Shown here: piece after piece, positions 47,934 through 58,106 of the stretch | How the letters are laid out: the number at the start of each line of letters is the position of its first letter | Numbering within the stretch: the first letter of the stretch is position 1 | Source of the DNA: Thermodesulfobacteriota bacterium | GTDB taxonomy: Bacteria > Desulfobacterota > Desulfarculia > JACQYL01 | DNA: 64,000 nucleotides | Assembly (NCBI GenBank): GCA_963675595.2 | Contig: CAXXLZ010000003.1 | Location: forward strand, 128,001-192,000 | Direction of reading: 5' to 3' | Position numbers and translations under genes: made by a program | Notes under the pieces: model-generated | The model's database searches: none | What the model was told of the DNA's origin: nothing | Seen by the model: only the letters and a program-made list of their open reading frames with translations

Positions 47934-48476
47934 ATGGAGATGGAAACGACTGCGACCTCCGAGATCGACGAAAGTCCGGGACTCGGACTGTACTATAGGC
48001 TGCTCGTAGGGCTGGTGAGACGCCCGACGGACTTCTTTCTGCAAATGGAGAGCGGGATAAAGATTCCCCTATTCTTTTTGGGAATTTCGAGCCTGATCTA
48101 TTCTTCGGCGGGGCTTACATTGGTTTCCGGCGGGAAAGCGACGATGTTTCTCATCCTCTTATTGAACTGCTGGCTCCTTCCGCTGGTGTCGGCGGTGATA
48201 TCACTCGTCTCCGTGCGTTGCCTGAGCGTTGAGAACATCTCCTTCTCACGAGTGCTGGCAATACATGCTTTTTCCACCGGAGCCGTATTGCCGGTCTCTT
48301 GGCTTCCGGGACTGATTTGGTTCACGGAACCCGCCAAATGGGTGCTCGTATGGAAAGGGCTCGTGCATTCGTGCGGGCTCTCAAAAATACAAGCGGCCTT
48401 GGTCGTGGGTTTGTGCCTTGGTTTTTTGATATTCGCCTATCGTATCTGTGCCGGTCTCCTCTTATCGGGGAGTTGA
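47934..48476 (+). CDS. YIP1-family membrane protein
   Basis: LVRRPTDFF N-terminal motif, ~5 TM, FSRVLAIHAFS, SWLP. Confidence 0.72.
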   Translation: MEMETTATSEIDESPGLGLYYRLLVGLVRRPTDFFLQMESGIKIPLFFLGISSLIYSSAGLTLVSGGKATMFLILLLNCWLLPLVSAVISLVSVRCLSVENISFSRVLAIHAFSTGAVLPVSWLPGLIWFTEPAKWVLVWKGLVHSCGLSKIQAALVVGLCLGFLIFAYRICAGLLLSGS

Positions 48477-48744
48477 TCGCATCAGCAGACGACTCGCCGG
48501 AGCAATACGGAGAAGCCGGGAGCGGTGACGACGTTCGGTTGGTGAGGAGAATCGGCGGATATCGTTCTTTTCTTGGCTGCTTGAATAAACAATATTTTGT
48601 ATGTTACATAAAACAATCCAAACCGTTCCACAGTGCGCCTTACGCTGCGGGACCGAAGGCTTCAACGTTCAGGCGGATTGCGGGTTTGGGGGGTGGCCGG
48701 AATCACTTTCCGGCGGATGAGGGGACCCTGAAGGAGGAAAGGCT

Positions 48745-49563
48745 ATGGTCAAACGGCACGGGTTGTTCGTGATCTTCTTTCTGATTGTCGCTTCGGTGTC
48801 TTTGTGTGTGCACGCCGAACAGGCTCAAGAAGACCAAATCCTCAAGTACAGTTGTTCACATCAAGTGTTCGCCGCGTTTGAAAACGAGCGCTTGAACGCA
48901 TTCACGGCCAAGACGGGAATCCGTGTGGATCTCCGTGTCATGAGTTCCTTCGAAGCGGTTCGGGCTTTGGACGACGGTTGGAGCGACATTGCGAGCACCG
49001 CGAAACGCCTGAGCCTTCGGATGATCAGAAAAGGATATGTCGAGACTCCTTTCTGCAAAGATCCCACGGCCATTGTGGTTCATCCCAAAGTTCGAGTGAC
49101 GGATTTGACGGATGAGCAGCTCCGCGAAATTTTCCAGGGCGCCGTCGAGAACTGGAATGAGGTGGGAGGGGAGAACGAGCCCATCGTCGTGATCAGTCCC
49201 GACAAGGAGACTGCGGCCTACAGGAACTTCGTTCGAGAGGTCATGGAGGGAGAGGATATCCGATACGATTTCATGGGTGCCGGCTCCCAATCCGTGATCA
49301 GTGCTTTGAGGAGGTTTCCCTGGTCCATTTCATTCCTGAGCCAGGGGTCTGCAAGAGCCAACCGGCAGGGGCTGAAACTCCTCAAGGTGAATGGATTGGT
49401 CCCCACGGACCACATTTATCCATATTATCAGATATACTCGTTTGTGACTCACGGCAAACCCAAGGGGGCTGCGGAGCGGTTCATTGATTTCGCCGTTTCG
49501 GATGAAGGGGTCAAGATCATGAAGGAACGAGGCATGATTCTTCATAGGGCCCCATCTCACTAA
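48745..49563 (+). CDS. PstS/PBP-like periplasmic substrate-binding protein
   Basis: Signal peptide; IVVHP..LTDEQLREIFQG.V.NW.EVGG, RFIDFAVSDEG; AAGGAGG RBS. Confidence 0.85.
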   Translation: MVKRHGLFVIFFLIVASVSLCVHAEQAQEDQILKYSCSHQVFAAFENERLNAFTAKTGIRVDLRVMSSFEAVRALDDGWSDIASTAKRLSLRMIRKGYVETPFCKDPTAIVVHPKVRVTDLTDEQLREIFQGAVENWNEVGGENEPIVVISPDKETAAYRNFVREVMEGEDIRYDFMGAGSQSVISALRRFPWSISFLSQGSARANRQGLKLLKVNGLVPTDHIYPYYQIYSFVTHGKPKGAAERFIDFAVSDEGVKIMKERGMILHRAPSH

Positions 49564-49611
49564 AATTGCGGGAGACTGTGCGCTGTGCGGTGAAAGCGTT
49601 GGCAGAGAGGG

Positions 49612-50547
49612 TCAGGAGCGCGATGACTGAGACTCGTTGAATGCGTCGACGACCCACCGAACCGCACGAACCAAGGCCCGCAGGTCTTGATTCCGATGCT
49701 CCACCAAATAGGAATGGCCCGTGTTTCCAAGCCGGAATATTCGGGCCTGTTTCATCTCCGCCGCCAGATAGGTTACGGTGGACATCGGAAAGGCCCTGTC
49801 TTTAACTCCCCACACCAGAGCCGTGGGCGCTTTGATTTCCAAGGCCTTCCTGCCAATCCAGTCTTCAGGTTTCAAGGACTCGAGGAACGGATGAAACACG
49901 CCGACTTTCGCTAGTTCGAGGATCGAGAGCGCCAGGACGTCCGGAATCGGGATCGGATGAGATAGGATCGTCTGGTTGATCAGCCTGCGGACGTCTTGAG
50001 GGCTGTGTACCAGGAATCGATTCCTGAGCCCTTCCAGCTCTTCAAACGAGATATCCGCTCCAAGGCCTCCGGCCCCGGCCAAAACCAGCCCTCCAACACG
50101 TTCAGGGTTGTCCAAAGCGTACTTGACCGCGATCCAGCCCCCCAGAGAAACGCCCACGAGAATGCATCGAAACCCGCCCAGATGGTCTTGCAGCGTCCGG
50201 ACCTGATCCAGGAAGGGCTCAAAAGGGAGTCCCGACAGCCTGTTGGTGTGCGCCGCGCTTCTCCCGAAACCGAGCAGTTCCAGCGCCGTGATCTTGAAAC
50301 TTCCGCGCAGGCTGCTCATGAGAGGATGCCGGTATTCCGGATACAATCCGAGGCCGTGAATCAAAACCAAAGGAGGACGTGCACCATCTCTGCCTCCTTC
50401 ATAATAACCGAATTCACCGAAAGCGCCCGAAAGGGACTTTCTTGTGAATCCGAGTCGACGGAGCTTGAGCTCCAAGGTCAGCAGATAAGCTGCGAAGCAG
50501 AGCCGCGCCGGGAAGCCGAGGATGCGCCAGAAGGAAGAGATATCCAC
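49612..50547 (-). CDS. Alpha/beta hydrolase (lipase/esterase-like)
   Basis: LIHGLG, GFGRS, GVSLGG, WGVKD, GH. Confidence 0.85.
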   Translation of the reverse strand: MDISSFWRILGFPARLCFAAYLLTLELKLRRLGFTRKSLSGAFGEFGYYEGGRDGARPPLVLIHGLGLYPEYRHPLMSSLRGSFKITALELLGFGRSAAHTNRLSGLPFEPFLDQVRTLQDHLGGFRCILVGVSLGGWIAVKYALDNPERVGGLVLAGAGGLGADISFEELEGLRNRFLVHSPQDVRRLINQTILSHPIPIPDVLALSILELAKVGVFHPFLESLKPEDWIGRKALEIKAPTALVWGVKDRAFPMSTVTYLAAEMKQARIFRLGNTGHSYLVEHRNQDLRALVRAVRWVVDAFNESQSSRS

Positions 50548-50913
50548 GGGCCGTCTCTCAAAGGATGAGGGCGAAACGCTCCGGGAGGTCGACCGCTTTG
50601 ACGAGAACTCCGAATTGGACTCCTCGTCTGTTGCCGCTTCCGAGCTGATGAGAGGGATTGTCGAGATACACCATAGAATGAAATGCGCTTTCGGGTCTAT
50701 TGTGTGTCACTTCGTTTCATGGAAGAAGCGCTTTGTCGGGGAATGGAGGCGCACCCTTCCCATAGGGTGACCGGACACATCGCCTTAACGATGCGGTGTT
50801 CGCTGCAAAACCCTAAATTCGAACGGCCCGGAGCGGGCGAGAGAAGCGGGAAAAGAGGCATTTGCGACTACGTGCGGGGCGTGCCGGACGAAACGGTAGG
50901 AGTACGCCGTCTT

Positions 50914-53085
50914 CTATTCCTCCGGCGCCGTGGACCAACGCACCTTGATTCTGGTTCCTTCACCCGGCCCCGACTCAATGCGCAGATCACCACCGGAATC
51001 TTTACTCCGTTCTCTCATGCTGGCCAAGCCGATTCCGGGGCGGGCCGCTTCCTCCGAATCAATGTTGCTCGGATCGAAGCCCGTGCCGTCATCACGAATC
51101 TCCAGCTCCAAGGCATCGGTCTCTTTGCGAAGCGCCACAAGCACTGAGGTTGCGTTGCTGTGGATTCCGATGTTGTTCAATGCTTCCTGTACGATACGGA
51201 AGATGACCAGCTTGAGCTGCTCGGGTATCTCGTTTTCGTTGATGGTGGTCACCCGTCGAACTTCGACGGCTGGGTGCCTCATCCGGAACTCCCGGCAGCA
51301 CCATGAAACCGCGGCAAGCACGCCGAGGTCGTCCAGCACCGCCGGCCTCAATTCCGTGATGATCCCGTCCAATTCTTCGATGGAGCTCCGTACGGAGTCC
51401 ACGACCACCTGAAGTATTTCCAATGCGGGGGAGCCTTCCTCGATTTGGCTCATACTGTTTTCCGCCAATATCTTTATCGAAGCCAAGGACTGACAGGTAC
51501 TGTCATGAAGCTTTTCGGCGATCTTCTTGTTCGCCTCTTCCTGCACCGCCAGAATTTTGGAGGAAAGGAGTCGGAGCGCTTGCCGTGATCTCTCCAAGGA
51601 GTCTTCCGTATCCATATGCTCAATGATCTCGTTCCTCAGTTGCTCGTTGAGACTGGCGAGCTCGGCGGTGCGCTCTCGAACCCTCACTTCCATGTCTTCG
51701 TATCCTTCCCGGAGAAGTTCTTCGTCTCTTTTTCGTGACGTGATGTCTCTCCAGGCAATGATTCCACCGGTGATCCGTCCCTCTTGATTTCGGATGGGGC
51801 CTGAATTGCACAGAACGATTACTCCGGTTCCGTCCGATCGATTGAGAACGCGTTCCTCGCCCACAATGACCTCTCCGTTGCCTATGGCGCGTTCCAGCGG
51901 TTGCGTCTTCAGCTCTCGGCGATTCCGGGCTTCTGCGGGAGCAAGGTTCCACAAGGTTTCGGAGGCCTCCACCGTGGAGTCGACTCCATCCCCGTTGGAG
52001 ATCATGGCGTTTCCAAATTTACTGATCATCCGAATTCGTCGGTCATCGGCGTCGGCGATGGCGATGCCTTCAGGCACATGTTCCATAAGCGCTTCAAGGA
52101 TGCGTTTGGCTTCCTCGGCTTCCTCGGCTCTTTGCTCGGCACGGATCCGTATGTGGATGTGCTCCAGCCGCAGCGCGGCAACCGAAGCCAACTGGATCAG
52201 CAGGGATTCGTCCTCCGCGGTGAAATCGCGGCCGGCTTTGTCCGAAACCATGATCAGACCATCCGCGACTCCGTGCCTGTGAGAAAGGGGAACGGCCAGC
52301 AAGCCGCTTAGAGGCAGGTGATCTTCGGGGATTCCGCGCCAGGAAACGTGTTCTCTCAGTTCTTTGTCCGTGAGTCGAAGAGCTTGATTTCGTCCGACGA
52401 CTTCCAGATAGACGCCGCCTCGTTCTTTGTCGAACAGCCCACGCTCCGGACAAGGTGGAAGATCGGAGGATTTCGATACCGACCCAACGTAAAATTCTCC
52501 TTGCGCGAATCCGTGTCCCGCGATGCCCATTCGGGCCCCCGTAATTTTACGAGCCGCCTCGACCAGACGATCCAGCACGCCCTGAACGGTTGTTTGGGCA
52601 ACCACATCGGCGGAGAAGCGCACCACGGACGCCAGACCGTCCAAGTGAAGCCGTCGGTCGGATTCCAATTGCTCCAAAGTCGCCAGCATTTCGCGTTGTG
52701 CAAACACTTTGGATACAATGGAAGGCAGCAGTTCGAGATAGCCTCCGTCTTTGTCCCTGATCACGCATTCGCAGGCACCGAGAGCAAGCGCTCGGGCGGC
52801 AACGGGCTCTCTGCCCGCGTCAACGAGAAGAATGAAAGGCAAAAAGGGGCGACCTGCGACGGACTTGAGCAATTCGAGCCATGAGTCGTCGGAGGAGCAT
52901 TCCGTAGCGATGACGATGTCGAAACGATTTGTTCCGGAGCGAACCAGGTCTAATGCCGGCCGGCCAAGCGAGCACTCGGTCACGCGAAAATCGTTCGGGC
53001 GGTCCAGGGACTGCCGAAGTGCAGCATCCTCCTGTGCTTCTTTCGTCGCAAGCAGGATTCTCGCCTTAACGGTCAAATCACCCAT
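50914..53085 (-). CDS. Cytoplasmic REC-like/GAF/PAS histidine kinase (HisKA_3)
   Basis: Degenerate receiver, GAF (LLAVPL..DFTAEDE), PAS, IAEKLHDSTCQSL, LRPAVLDDLG, DDGTGF, GIGLASMRER; start uncertain. Confidence 0.88.
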   Translation of the reverse strand: MGDLTVKARILLATKEAQEDAALRQSLDRPNDFRVTECSLGRPALDLVRSGTNRFDIVIATECSSDDSWLELLKSVAGRPFLPFILLVDAGREPVAARALALGACECVIRDKDGGYLELLPSIVSKVFAQREMLATLEQLESDRRLHLDGLASVVRFSADVVAQTTVQGVLDRLVEAARKITGARMGIAGHGFAQGEFYVGSVSKSSDLPPCPERGLFDKERGGVYLEVVGRNQALRLTDKELREHVSWRGIPEDHLPLSGLLAVPLSHRHGVADGLIMVSDKAGRDFTAEDESLLIQLASVAALRLEHIHIRIRAEQRAEEAEEAKRILEALMEHVPEGIAIADADDRRIRMISKFGNAMISNGDGVDSTVEASETLWNLAPAEARNRRELKTQPLERAIGNGEVIVGEERVLNRSDGTGVIVLCNSGPIRNQEGRITGGIIAWRDITSRKRDEELLREGYEDMEVRVRERTAELASLNEQLRNEIIEHMDTEDSLERSRQALRLLSSKILAVQEEANKKIAEKLHDSTCQSLASIKILAENSMSQIEEGSPALEILQVVVDSVRSSIEELDGIITELRPAVLDDLGVLAAVSWCCREFRMRHPAVEVRRVTTINENEIPEQLKLVIFRIVQEALNNIGIHSNATSVLVALRKETDALELEIRDDGTGFDPSNIDSEEAARPGIGLASMRERSKDSGGDLRIESGPGEGTRIKVRWSTAPEE

Positions 53086-53441
53086 AAAATCGAAACCATT
53101 TTGAATTCCTTGCCGGGATGTGGCCTCGTTTCGAAACTGCGAGTATTTCCCCTCCGTTGGATGAACACGACCCGCCGGATCAGCATCGGACAAATCCGGC
53201 TTATGTCGTCCCGAGATGACTTGAAGAACGCCGGTGCGTTAGGAGTTTAGGCAAGCGCAAAGGTTTTTTGAATCAGGTATTCAGGGGATGTTTTCTCCGA
53301 GAACACTCTAGGGGGTCAAAGTGGAAACAGCGAGGTCCCCAAATGCCTCGCCCACGGCGCAATAGGGCAAGCGCTCTTTTCGACGGGCCTTGGTGGGCCC
53401 AATCGTCTTCCTGCTGCGCCGCGCAGCCTGATCCACCAACG

Positions 53442-54002
53442 TCAATGGAACAGGATTCCGTGGACGTAACCGCCAAGTCCCAGAAAGGGAAGAGTCCACA
53501 GCAGCTGAATGGGCCATGCGATGAGAAAGTAGTACTTGAGGGGAACTCCGCTCAGTGGGAGTATGTAATTTTTTGCAGTGTAGGGCAACCCTGGGAGTGC
53601 GGTGAAAAACAGAGTGAACAGCGCGGCTTTTCGATTGGGGATGGTGGGAAGCGAATATTCCCAACGGTCCAACAGCTTCTCCAATAACGGCCGCATTACG
53701 GAGTGGGCCAACAGGTAGGAGACTCCCATGTGGAAGATGACGGCGCCCCCCATGAGCAGCAATCCGTTCAGGGGTGCGAACTTGATGGCGGCGAGCACGA
53801 TGAAGAGGCTGATCGGAAATCCCACGAGGGGCAGGATTGCCAATAGGACGAGGAACAGGGCGGGGGGCGTATTCTCGTTGATCATGCCGATCAAGGTCTG
53901 GATTGTTTCATACTTCCATACGAAATAGCAGAACGCTCCAAACAACGCGAAGGTGACCAAGTATCTCCAGCGAAGGAACAAAGATCGAATAGGGATTTTC
54001 AT
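53442..54002 (-). CDS. VTT / TVP38 (DedA superfamily) membrane protein
   Basis: LPLVGFPIS, ALPGLPYTAKNYILPLSGVPLKYY. Confidence 0.8.
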   Translation of the reverse strand: MKIPIRSLFLRWRYLVTFALFGAFCYFVWKYETIQTLIGMINENTPPALFLVLLAILPLVGFPISLFIVLAAIKFAPLNGLLLMGGAVIFHMGVSYLLAHSVMRPLLEKLLDRWEYSLPTIPNRKAALFTLFFTALPGLPYTAKNYILPLSGVPLKYYFLIAWPIQLLWTLPFLGLGGYVHGILFH

Positions 54003-54294
54003 GCCTTGTATGTTTCCATGAGCCCGTTGAGCATGCAATTGAGTTATCCTCCAACAGGAGGGCGGTCCGGGGAATTTCGGCTGTTATTTATTGATTATTC
54101 CCGGCACGAGCGCAGGAGTCAAACGCACCGGTTCCGGTGGAGGATACTCTGTGGATTTACCCGCAAGGGCGATACTTCACCCTTGTCGGATCGTGGCATG
54201 TATATACGAACTTCCGACTGCGGAGATGAGTTTCGTCCGGGTCGTTCCGCCGAGAGAGTCTTCCGGGAAAGCGTAAGAATAGGAGGAATGTCTG

Positions 54295-54849
54295 ATGGAA
54301 CTCACCCGAATCGCCACAGAAATCCGCACCTGCACCCATTGTCCGCTTCACCTGGATCGAACCAACGCCGTACCGGGTGAGGGACCTTTATCCGCAAGGC
54401 TCATCATGATCGGAGAGGCGCCCGGCAAGAATGAGGACCTCTCGGGAAGGCCTTTCGTGGGAAGATCCGGCGGGACACTTAATGAAATCCTCGGGAAGGC
54501 GGGCTTGAATCGAAACGACATCTTCATCACGAGCGTCGTCAAATGTCGGCCTCCTTTGAATCGGAAGCCTCGTAAGGGAGAGGTTCGGACTTGCGTTGAT
54601 CTCTTTGCAAGGCGTCAAATCGAAATTGTTGATCCCGAGATCGTCTGTCTGTTGGGCGGAACGGCTAGTGAGACCTTTTTGGGTACGGCAAAGATTTCTC
54701 TTAACCACGGCCGGAAATTTACGAGGGATGGGCGGGTTTATATCCCCACCTATCATCCGGCCGCCGCACTTCGCAGCAAGAAATGGTACAGTATGCTTCT
54801 CGGCGACATGAAGGCCCTTCAAAACATCATGGCATGCAAGGGCATTTGA
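54295..54849 (+). CDS. Uracil-DNA glycosylase family 4
   Basis: CTHCPL, GEAPG..ED..GRPFVG, VKCRPP.NR.P, TYHPAA; AGGAGG RBS. Confidence 0.94.
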   Translation: MELTRIATEIRTCTHCPLHLDRTNAVPGEGPLSARLIMIGEAPGKNEDLSGRPFVGRSGGTLNEILGKAGLNRNDIFITSVVKCRPPLNRKPRKGEVRTCVDLFARRQIEIVDPEIVCLLGGTASETFLGTAKISLNHGRKFTRDGRVYIPTYHPAAALRSKKWYSMLLGDMKALQNIMACKGI

Positions 54850-55114
54850 AATATAGCAATAGGTCAAATGAGGCGGACAGGTGGGGACCTCCAATTTTTT
54901 CCGGACGAATTGAGTGGGTTCTTATAGATAAGAGTATTCGTGAATGCTTTTTAGAGTCATCCCGGACTATTTATGCGCCTTGCTTTTTTTCGGATGCCAT
55001 TGACTTCGCCGGCCCTTCGGGCTACCCTGATTGCCTACTAAGCCCTTTGGGCACAACAGGTGTGACGGTACCGGGTTGCCGGCCGTCGGAAAAGGTTCGG
55101 CGAGGAAGCTCTGA

Positions 55115-55789
55115 ATGCCCGGTAATACAAAACGACTTTTTCCCATTGAGTCCGCATCAGCCTTGTTTCCGGACCCAAGCGTGGAATCGGAAAACTGTGT
55201 GTACGATACCATCAAAACAGTCATGGAATCCCGCAGGAGTGTTCGGGACTATAGCGACCGTCCGGTTCCCAAGGACCTGATTGAGAGCCTGATTCGACTT
55301 GCCAATTGGGCGCCTTCTCCTGAGAATTCTCAGAACCGAAGGATCGTCGTGGTTCGGAATGCCGATACCCTTGCGCGGATCAAAGAGCTGTTGAACCGAG
55401 CGTTCGAGAAGAAGATTTATGAACGGCTTTCCAGAGCCTTCGATCGCAACCCTAAGGCGGTGGATCGAGCGAGGGGCTTTTTCTCAACCCTCGGAGGTGC
55501 TCCGGTAATGCTTTTCGCCTTCGCCGTTCCTTCAGGCCACGGCGAACGAATCGATATTCAATCGGTGGCCGCCTGGGTCCAGAATTTCTTGTTGGCGGTT
55601 CACGCGGCCGGATTGGCCGCCTGCTGGTTCGCGGGGATTCTTTACTGTGAGGAAGAAATCCGTGGGTTGTTGGAGGTGGATCCCGACATGCTTCTGACCA
55701 CGGGAATCACACTGGGCTATTCTGGAAAACAGAATCATTACGTGCCGCGGCGCAGGGAGTTTGCCGACACGTTGCGTTGGATTGACTGA
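55115..55789 (+). CDS. Nitroreductase family protein
   Basis: SRRSVRDY, WAPS.ENSQ, QNFLLAVHAAGLAACW; start may be downstream. Confidence 0.9.
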   Translation: MPGNTKRLFPIESASALFPDPSVESENCVYDTIKTVMESRRSVRDYSDRPVPKDLIESLIRLANWAPSPENSQNRRIVVVRNADTLARIKELLNRAFEKKIYERLSRAFDRNPKAVDRARGFFSTLGGAPVMLFAFAVPSGHGERIDIQSVAAWVQNFLLAVHAAGLAACWFAGILYCEEEIRGLLEVDPDMLLTTGITLGYSGKQNHYVPRRREFADTLRWID

Positions 55790-55828
55790 CGGGAATTTTT
55801 CCCGGTTGAGGCGGGGGCCGGTTTAGCG

Positions 55829-56782
55829 GTGCTGACAGCGATTCGGGTGTTGATCCTCGTCTGCGTACTTGCGGGACAGTCGGCATGGTCGCAGGCTTAC
55901 GAATATCGTCTTGAATATTCTCGGGAAGGTTCGGAATCTCCCAAAACGGTGATCGGTTTTCTTCAGTCGCACCGAGTGGCCGAAGATGAAACCTTGCTGG
56001 ACATCGCCAGGGACTACGGCCTGGGGTACAATGAGATGGAAATTCTCTACCCCGACCTGGATCCTTGGATTCCGAAGACCGGGCTGGAGTTGACCATACC
56101 GACGAGATGGGTGCTTCCACGGACCGGGCATTTCGGAGTGGTGATCAACCTGCCCGAGTTGAGGCTGTACCGATTCTTCCCCAAAGCCGGGGTTGTGAAA
56201 ACTTATCCCATCGGCATCGGGGACATTAACTGGGAGACTCCTCTGGGAGTCTATCGAGTGGTGGAGCGCCGCGTGAAACCTACGTGGCGTGTACCCCTCT
56301 CGATTCAGAAGGAGGTGGGGAAAAAGACTGTTCCGCCGGGACCCGAGAACCCTCTGGGCTCACACTGGCTGGGGCTTTCCACTCCGGGATATGGGATACA
56401 TGGGACGAATTTTCCTTGGGGTGTGGGTCGGTTGGTCAGTCACGGATGCATCCGCTTATATCCCGAACACATTGTACGTTTTTTTGAAGAAACACCGGTG
56501 GGAACACCTGTGGAGATCGTCTATGAACCCGTCAAATTCGGTATCGACAAGTTCGAACTCTACATGGAGGTTCATCCGGATCCTTACGGCAGAATAGACA
56601 ACCTGAGAGACTGGACCATTGAGAGGTTACGCCGACTGGAATTGGTTCAATGCCTTTTGATGGACGAAGTTGATGAGGCATTGCGGAGAAGAGACGGCGT
56701 GCCTGTAGTCGTGGGAATTGTGAAACGCGGGGTCGGATCGGAACAACAGAACCGGCGGCGGATGCCCGCCGCAAGCAGATAG
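55829..56782 (+). CDS. L,D-transpeptidase (ErfK/YbiS/YcfS family)
   Basis: ETLLDIAR, INLPELRLY, YPIGIG, PPGPENPLG, GIHGTN..GVG..SHGCIRL. Confidence 0.94.
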   Translation: MLTAIRVLILVCVLAGQSAWSQAYEYRLEYSREGSESPKTVIGFLQSHRVAEDETLLDIARDYGLGYNEMEILYPDLDPWIPKTGLELTIPTRWVLPRTGHFGVVINLPELRLYRFFPKAGVVKTYPIGIGDINWETPLGVYRVVERRVKPTWRVPLSIQKEVGKKTVPPGPENPLGSHWLGLSTPGYGIHGTNFPWGVGRLVSHGCIRLYPEHIVRFFEETPVGTPVEIVYEPVKFGIDKFELYMEVHPDPYGRIDNLRDWTIERLRRLELVQCLLMDEVDEALRRRDGVPVVVGIVKRGVGSEQQNRRRMPAASR

Positions 56783-56822
56783 CGTTTTTCGTTTTTAACC
56801 AGAGAAAGAAGGAGGAGTCCAG

Positions 56823-57161
56823 ATGAAGATCGGAACAAGTGCAAGAATCGTACTGATCCTTTCGGTATTGTCGCTGTTCGGATTGAGTATGGTCGGGTGT
56901 GCCACATCTCCCGATGAGATGACCATGGAACAGAAGGTACAACAGGCCATGGACAATTCGGATAAGGCCATGATGCAGTCTCAGAGCGCTCAGGAGGCCG
57001 CGGCCGGTGCGGCCAAAGCTGCCGAGGAGGCTGCGATGAAGGCTGAAGAAGCGGCTACAAAGGCGCAGGAGGCGGCAAGCAAAGCACAAATGGCCGCCGA
57101 GAATGCCGATAACATGGCTCGAAAGAGTGAAGCCGTTTTCAAGAAAGGCATGAAAAAGTAG
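56823..57161 (+). CDS. Lpp/OprI-like alanine-zipper lipoprotein
   Basis: AAGGAGG RBS, lipobox MVGC, Ala heptad coiled coil, C-terminal KKGMKK. Confidence 0.85.
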   Translation: MKIGTSARIVLILSVLSLFGLSMVGCATSPDEMTMEQKVQQAMDNSDKAMMQSQSAQEAAAGAAKAAEEAAMKAEEAATKAQEAASKAQMAAENADNMARKSEAVFKKGMKK

Positions 57162-57188
57162 TACTGAGCCGATCATGACGTTGATTAT

Positions 57189-57224
57189 AGAGGCGGGACG
57201 GTACAAGGTACCTCCCGCCTCTTT
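57189..57224 (+). terminator. Intrinsic terminator
   Basis: AGAGGCGGGACGGTAC-AAG-GTACCTCCCGCCTCT followed by TT. Confidence 0.7.
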
Positions 57225-57650
57225 CGCATTCGACCCAATGAACGAAAAAGTTCGTCTGCTCAATCTGCCTTTGGGAGTCAAAACGTGTGTAACGTGTTTC
57301 CCCGGCACCCGGCGGCGACGTTTCGCTCCCAGCCGAACCTGACCCGCACAGGGATGGGGTATCGATCAGGGGGAGTCCGTTTTCAGAGTGGGGCATGGTT
57401 CGGATGGACCTTTCCTCATCACTTCTTCCCTACAGCAGGCCGCCGATGACCCAAGTGCCCGGCACGACGCGGCACGGCTTCAAACCGGTTTCCCGGATTC
57501 ATACATATTCCGTCTCCACCTTCTCCTTGCAAAGGTCGTTCCAATAGTGAGCGTTCGGCGACCGTCAAAGCCAGCCCTGCACATCGGAAAAAAGGTCCAT
57601 CAGGTGGATTCGGCCGGCTGTTTCCGGTTTTCATTGTCGGGAAACCGTGG

Positions 57651-58106
57651 TTAGGTAACACGGTATTTCTTCAATGTACGATCCATTTCACGCTTTTCCG
57701 CTCTTCGCTTCAGCTCCTCCCTCTTGTCATGCACTCTTCTGCCTTTGGCCAGAGCTATTTCCACCTTTATCTTATTGTTTTTGAAATATATCTTTAATGG
57801 AACAACGGTGAATCCCTTTTGTTGTACTTTGCCTACCAGGCGTTTAAGCTCTCTTTTGTGCAGTAACAACCTGCGCACTCTCTCCGGGTCATGGTTGTCA
57901 TAGTGGGCAAAAGGATAAGCGCTTATATGAACTCCGTGGAGAAAGGCTTCTTCATTTTCGAGTTTGACATGGCCGTCTTTGAGATTCACCTTGCCCAATC
58001 GGACGGACTTCACCTCGGTGCCCTTTAAGGACACCCCTGCTTCCAGGGTCTCTTCGATCTCATAGTCCATCCTGGCTTTTTTGTTTTGGCCGACCAACTT
58101 ATAAAT
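57651..58106 (-). CDS. smpB: SsrA-binding protein; probable ATT start
   Basis: [30 protein letters not shown]; AAGGAGG sits 6 nt before an in-frame ATT. Confidence 0.95.
   Translation of the reverse strand: MYKLVGQNKKARMDYEIEETLEAGVSLKGTEVKSVRLGKVNLKDGHVKLENEEAFLHGVHISAYPFAHYDNHDPERVRRLLLHKRELKRLVGKVQQKGFTVVPLKIYFKNNKIKVEIALAKGRRVHDKREELKRRAEKREMDRTLKKYRVT

Noticed and set aside
54220-54290. Fluoride riboswitch before UDG
   Set aside because: GGAGATGAGTTTCGTCC only partly resembles the motif; 3' pseudoknot segment is absent
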